From the human T2T-CHM13v2.0 reference genome, Homo sapiens, in assembly GCF_009914755.1 (NCBI RefSeq), contig NC_060928.1: a stretch of DNA of 64,000 nucleotides; one strand, written 5' to 3'. The notes under the pieces were generated by a model. That model worked only from the letters and a program-made list of their open reading frames with translations. It was not told the DNA's origin and searched no databases. Made by a program: the position numbers and the translations under genes. This document shows, one piece after another, positions 58,400 through 64,000 of the stretch; within the stretch, counting starts at the first letter, position 1; the number at the start of each line of letters is the position of its first letter.

Positions 58400-60250
58400 A
58401 ACACACAGAGAGACTAGAGGTGAAAACACAAATGCATATGGAGAATATTTACCATAAAGCTAGAAACAAGACATTCCAAAACTACTAATGGGAGGGGAAA
58501 TGTACCATCAACCACACGACCTATGTTTTTATCATCTGCTCTGGAGAAAGCAAAGAGAATCTGACAGGCCTGAGAAAAGGAGAATCCCCGAATTTCTAAT
58601 GGATTTTCACTGAAATAAAAGTGGTGCAAATTTTAGAAGAGCTGATGAAACCAGGTGGGAATTTGCCAACTGTGCTAGTGGGTAAATGCAGGTTTTTTGG
58701 TAAGAGCTAAAGTCACTGGAGCAGTCTAGCTGCCATGAACTTGGGAAAGTGAACCACTAGACATTTATTTCAGAGTGAGGCCTCCTCACTGAGCAGAGTG
58801 TAACAGCAGCAGGATAAACGAAGAAGAAGGTCCAGATAAAAGTAAGAATAGATTACAAAGTGAGGGAATCTCAGAAGGCAAGACTTTATGTTTTTTAACA
58901 CTACTCACATATAACAGAGGAGGAAGCTTTGTGAAGTTAGAAAAGCTGCCTTAAACTTCACTCTAAAATTCAGAAAGAGAAATTTGCATAAAAATCAACA
59001 ACAGGAAATATTTTAAAAAGAACAAAATCCAATTAATGTTAATATATTAAAAATATTAAAGAGAAGAATCACCTTCTTACACAAAGTACAACCTTCAAAA
59101 AGACAATCTCTCAAAACAATTCAGAAAAGCTGAGATATTTAAAATGATATAAATTATGAAAGAACATCACAAATCAGAATTGCAAAATCTCTGAAATGAA
59201 ATGGTAAAATCTACGAAAGAATTAGAAACAAGAGAAAAAATATTTTAAAAATTAAGACTTCAATAAAATAGATAAAAGAGCAAAAAAAGTCTTTAAGTAG
59301 ATAAAAAGGAGAACTTCAAAGAAAATGCTAAAAAGGATTTCAGAAGAAGTGGCAAATATTGAAAATAGCTGAAGAAGGTTCAAGATACAGAGAAAGTCAA
59401 TATTTAAGGAAGAAAACCAAAGTAAGAGAACAATAAGAACAACAAAATACGATAAATGTTCATTATATAATAAACAAAATTCGTCCTAAAATAAAGGAAA
59501 AGATTTAACAAAACATATTAGAAGAGCAAATGGGAAGACTAATACCAGCACTTAATCTAGTAAAATTACTGGACTTTAAAGAAAAAGCCAAAAGATTCTT
59601 AAGGTATCTGAGTAAAAAGAATATGTAATTTATAAGGAAAATGCAATTTAGCATCAGACTGTTCAACAGTAATATTTTATGATAGAAAAAAATGGAGTAA
59701 TATATTTAAGAGTCTCAAGGAAAAAAATTGGAAGCAAACAATTTTATATCCAGCAAAACTGACTCTCATCTAAAAAAGAAAGTGTTATTGACATGCAGTA
59801 ACTCTTAACATGCAGTAACTCAATATATTTTAATGGGATTTTTTAAAGGAATCTACTAAAAAATGAGCTTCACACAACCATAATGACAATAGAGTCATCA
59901 AAAAACGACTGGTGGTTAGCATTGCTTGACTATGTAGTTACTTACAAAATTAAGAATGAATGAGGGAGAAAGGGACAGATTATGGGACATAATAACAATA
60001 TATGTAACAATGGGGATACAGAATAAATGCTAAAAAGGATGGCATGGGCAAAAATAATCATTTTTATTAATCTAAATGAATCTTGTTAGCATGAGAATTG
60101 TTATTCTGGCTGTTCTACATTTATTGCATTTTAAAGCAAATTGGTCTACATGGAATGCTCTAGTTCTGTCATTTTCTTTGCCCTTAAAAACAACGACCCC
60201 TGGTGTGAAAAAAGAAGTTATCAATGCCATACAGAAAATGTTAAGTAGTA
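58400..60250 (+). mobile_element. Ancient HAL1/L1M-type element (ORF1 remnant)
   Basis: Very A-rich; gcatcagactgttcaacag...aatggagtaatatatttaagagtctcaagg...attttatatccagcaaaactg is an L1 ORF1 3' block. Confidence 0.55.
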
Positions 60251-60639
60251 GAAAATGTTAATAGTATATCTACTGTTACTTCTGCATGTTATAGCGCTGA
60301 CTTAAATTGGAAATTAGACTATGATTTCTTAAGTTATTTTCTAACTCTGTCCATTCCAATGACCTAGAAATGATGTGTAAATGGGATCCTCGGTATGCAA
60401 AATGTGAAATTTAAATTCTATTTATTGTTAAAAGACACCAAGAATTCTTGGAGAAATAGCTGATTTGAGTTGGAGACCTAGGCGGGAAATGGACAAGATG
60501 AAACTGGAACAACTTAGTATAGCAAACAATAAGGTAGCTATCAAAGATTATTAAGATCATCCCCAAAAAAAGAGACAACTTAGGAATCTTTATAAAGATG
60601 CATCTATTTCATCTTCCTAATTTTTTCCCTAATTATTCC

Positions 60640-60677
60640 TAATGACAAAAACCGCAATTACTTTTGCACCAACCTAA
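60640..60677. mobile_element. Solo Hsmar1/MADE1 terminal inverted repeat (half MITE), followed by TA
   Basis: taatgacaaaaaccgcaattacttttgcaccaacctaa, then TA at 60678-60679. Matches the right arm of MADE1; no left arm. Confidence 0.92.
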
Positions 60678-60749
60678 TACTTTAATCGTATATTTTTTTC
60701 TGCTGTATGAACAAGGAGTTCCATGTTTTCATTTTTGTGCTAGCCTTGG

Positions 60750-61100
60750 AAACCACAACAACATATTGTTCCATTCCCCCCAAAAGTTTCATCACGTCCC
60801 TTTGCAGTTGATCTCCTCCTCTGTTCAACATCTGGCAAACATTGATTTGTTTTGCACCCATATGGTTTTGCCTTTTGCAGAAGGAATGAAATCACACAGT
60901 AGCTTTTTGAGCATAGCTTCTTTCACTCAGCATAATGCCTTTGAGATTGATAGACTACATATTGTTGCATTTATTAATAGTTCATTGCTTTCTATTGCTA
61001 AGCAGTCTTCCATCTTTTATCCATTCATCTGTTGGTGAATGATGATTTCTAGTTCTTGGTGATTATGAAAAACGTTGCTATACATGTGATTTCTTTTTCA
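60750..61100 (-). mobile_element. Old L1 (L1MB/MC/ME) 3' fragment
   Basis: ctggcaaacattgatttg...gcttctttcactcagcataatgcctttgagatt...tttatccattcatctgttggtg. Confidence 0.65.
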
Positions 61101-61599
61101 TTTTTTGATAAAAGATCAAACAAAACGGCCTGAGGATCTTAATCACTTACAGTGCTATATTATATACATTATATCCTGAAAAACATAAATGTCTATGTAC
61201 AAAGGAAATATTATGTCGAAATATTGCCCCAAATATTACTGTCTTAAAAGTATATAGATTCTATTTTTCTATTTAATTTTGGGGATAAAAGATGGTAGGG
61301 TAAAATGAAGAAAAAAACTAAAGAACAAAATAAGAGTGAGATGAAGTACCTAATAAATATATACATCTATATTAATTTTACCCAAATAAGTATAAAATAT
61401 GACATTTGTATGAATATGCTAATTTATTCAAGGGGCTGAAATATTATCACTTTCTAATTTTGTCTACTCTGTTCATTCTTCTACTGCGTATTTCTGTTTT
61501 GATTGAACTAATTATAGAATTATATATTACTGTTCTCAAAAAAATTGTTAGTGCCATGAGTACCAAGTCAGCAGCACCATAATTAAGAACTACTATTTG

Positions 61600-61790
61600 T
61601 TGGGTATGTAGTATGTGCTGCACAGCATACTTCGTGTTTTTCATTTATAGCATAGATCTGTAACAATACCTCATGGTAGGTTTTATTATCCCCATTTTAT
61701 AAATGAAAAACTGAAGTATAATTAACTAAATCAATATAATTACTGCTGAGATCCAGTATTAAAATCCAGCCCCGTCTTTTTCCATGGCTA
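61600..61790 (-). mobile_element. MIR
   Basis: aacaatacctcatggtaggttttattatccccattttataaatgaaaaactgaag. Confidence 0.65.
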
Positions 61791-62069
61791 GCAAGTAGAA
61801 GTGTTGGATGTGAAACAAGAGTTATACAATATACTTAGATATGTAAGTAATTTAGCTTTTCCTTACAGTAATTTTTCGATATAAAAGCCAAAGAAATTTC
61901 CTTACTTTTTTTTTTCCAAGTTTATACTTCAACTCTCTTTGAAATCTAGAATAAAAAACAGACACACTGCCCTTTTTCTGTTTCACTGATATGATTTACA
62001 ATTTATAGTAAGTGACTGGACACTAGGCTTACACAAAATTGTTTCCAAGTAAGGAACAATGTGACAAAG

Positions 62070-62310
62070 GTGTTACAAGCTCTGGCTCTCCTGGATTATG
62101 CTCAAATCCCACCTCTGGGCTTGTTAGTTGCACAACCTTGAACATTTTGTTTGAATCTTCAGTACTTCAGTGTGCCCTCAGGAAAATAAAAATAATGTTA
62201 ATAAAACTAGCTCCTAGGCTTGTTGCGAGAATTAAATTAAATTATGTGAACAAAGCTTGTGGAAAAATGATATCCCATAGCAAAAATTCAATAAATGCTT
62301 AGTTATTATT
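62070..62310 (+). mobile_element. MIR
   Basis: ctcaaatcccacctctg...accttgaac...ttgttgcgagaattaaattaa...attcaataaatgcttagttattatt. Confidence 0.65.
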
Positions 62311-63507
62311 CACACATGAGAATATACTAAGTATACTATCACTGTTTTAGATTTTTCTTCCATCAGATTTACTACATGAAAGTAAAATACGTAAAATCAA
62401 TGCTAACTAATGTGCACAAATAATTATCTGAATGTACTATAAACAAAGACTTTGAAAACTGCAAGTCCTATCTACTTAACGAACACCTGGGTTGAGTGAA
62501 CTAAATGGCCTCTATCAGAGACATCGATGACTTGCACTGAACTTTGATCTTGTCACTAAATGTCATTCATCACTGGCAATATTTCACACACCATTTGGAT
62601 TTGCTTGACAAGCTATCTATCCTCATGGAAATCTACATCTTGCTCCTTTAGCTGCTCTCAGAGTAAGAGTGCTGTTACTTAACATATTATCATTCTTTCA
62701 AAACCTTGTATTCCTGGAGGTTATAAAAATAGGTAGGTGTCTGATTTAAAATTGAAAACGAAATGTGGAGCTGTTCTTACTTCCAGGCATAAAAATTACG
62801 ATAGGCAATTTCCATTATTATTTGAACATAAAATTTCATTTCTTAAGGCTTTAAGCTTTTTTAAAAAAGTTTATTGCTGAATTTATTACTTTAGAGATAG
62901 AATTGCCCATTTTCTTTGTATTTGTCATCAAATACTATTAAGTAGTTAATTTTGTCAGAAAAGGTACCAGACATTGTTCAGCATAAATAAGGAGACTCAG
63001 CCTGAGCTCTTCATTAATTTCTTATTTAATTCTGTCAGCTCTCAGGTACTCAGATAGCACAAATTTCAAAACAGAAACTTTGGCATATAGGATTTAGCCA
63101 TTATACTTCATTTTGTGTTTTGTGGTTAGTTTCATTTTAATGAGGTAGGCAAAGACGTTTCAGTGGATTTTTACAGAGAAAACTTGCACTTTGTACTTAA
63201 GAACACACAATTCAATCTATGTCTTTTTCTTGCCTTAAGCTCCATTTTAAAAACATCTCTGAGTTTGCTTGTGAATTGCACATAAATGTAAATTCAGTGC
63301 AGGTTTTTAAAGTTATGTTTCTCTTGAGTCCTAAAAACATATTTCACCTTAATTTTAACATTTTGGGTATTTTTAATCTCAAGATTTTATGCCCTTTGCA
63401 ATTTGCATACTTTTAAGAATTTACTTCCCTACATCCCCACTTTAAACTTACTTAACACACATTTGCAAAGGGGTGGTTGCAAATGCCAAATGCACTCTAT
63501 ACTTGGA

Positions 63508-63573
63508 GTGTGTTTGTGTGTGTATGTGTGTGTATGTGTGTGTGAGAGAGAGAAAGAGAGAGAGAGAGAGAGA
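63508..63573. repeat. Compound (TG)n-(GA)n microsatellite
   Basis: Seen directly. Confidence 0.9.
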
Positions 63574-63629
63574 TTTCCCTATCTTTGAAATTTTCTCAAC
63601 ATCTTCTTGCTCCTAAAATGTGGGCTAGG

Positions 63630-63780
63630 GGCTGGGTGCAGTGGCATGCTGTAATCCCAACACTTTGCGAGGCTGAGGTGGGAGGATTGCTTGAGGCCAG
63701 GAGTTTAAGACCAGCCTGGGCAACACAGAACCTGTAAAAGTCAAAAAAAAATAAAAGAGAGAGAGAGAGAAAAGAAAAAG
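63630..63780 (+). mobile_element. FLAM/AluJ left-monomer element with A/GA-rich tail
   Basis: ggctgggtgcagtggc...ggaggattgcttgaggccaggagtttaagaccagcctgggcaaca, then an A-tail; no right arm. Confidence 0.85.
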
Positions 63781-64000
63781 ATAATGTGCTGTATAGGATG
63801 ACCTGCCCAAGCTGTCTCTTGCCTAGTAGGCTGCTTATATCTTTAGCTGATTGTTCCAGGTGCTTATATACTGTCCCTCACTACATTACATTATTCTATG
63901 AAAGAATAAGTTAGATAGACCTCCGTCTTTGATTAAGACAATAAATACCTTCTTCCAAGGCTTCATTGGTAGAGCAGCAGCATCTTGTTCTTCTATTGTC

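Noticed and set aside
60640-60677. miR-548-family hairpin from MADE1
   Set aside because: Only one arm is present, so no pre-miRNA stem can form.

Overview
AT-rich, repeat-dense primate (very probably human) genomic DNA. The only protein-coding sequence I can support is the last exon of TLL1 (tolloid-like 1): acceptor AG at 757-758, 44 codons ending ...[17 protein letters not shown], stop at 891-893, then a ~3 kb 3' UTR. The other ~60 kb is downstream intergenic DNA. It holds Alus, MIR/L2, L1s of several ages (one full-length L1PA8-like copy), MaLR LTRs (including an internally deleted THE1C), Tigger/hAT/mariner MITEs, microsatellites and an old 28S rRNA fragment. I found no convincing undescribed biological system. 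The best leads are: (1) an old L1MA with both a twin-priming 5' inversion and an apparent 3' transduction of an ERV LTR, inside one target-site duplication; (2) a solo Hsmar1/MADE1 TIR with an intact SETMAR binding site; (3) a 28S rRNA fossil; (4) a perfect 71-bp tandem duplication; (5) a (GAA)22 tract; (6) a few motif-rich unique islands that could be TLL1 enhancers. Repeat family names come from recalled consensus sequences, and boundaries of old repeats are approximate.
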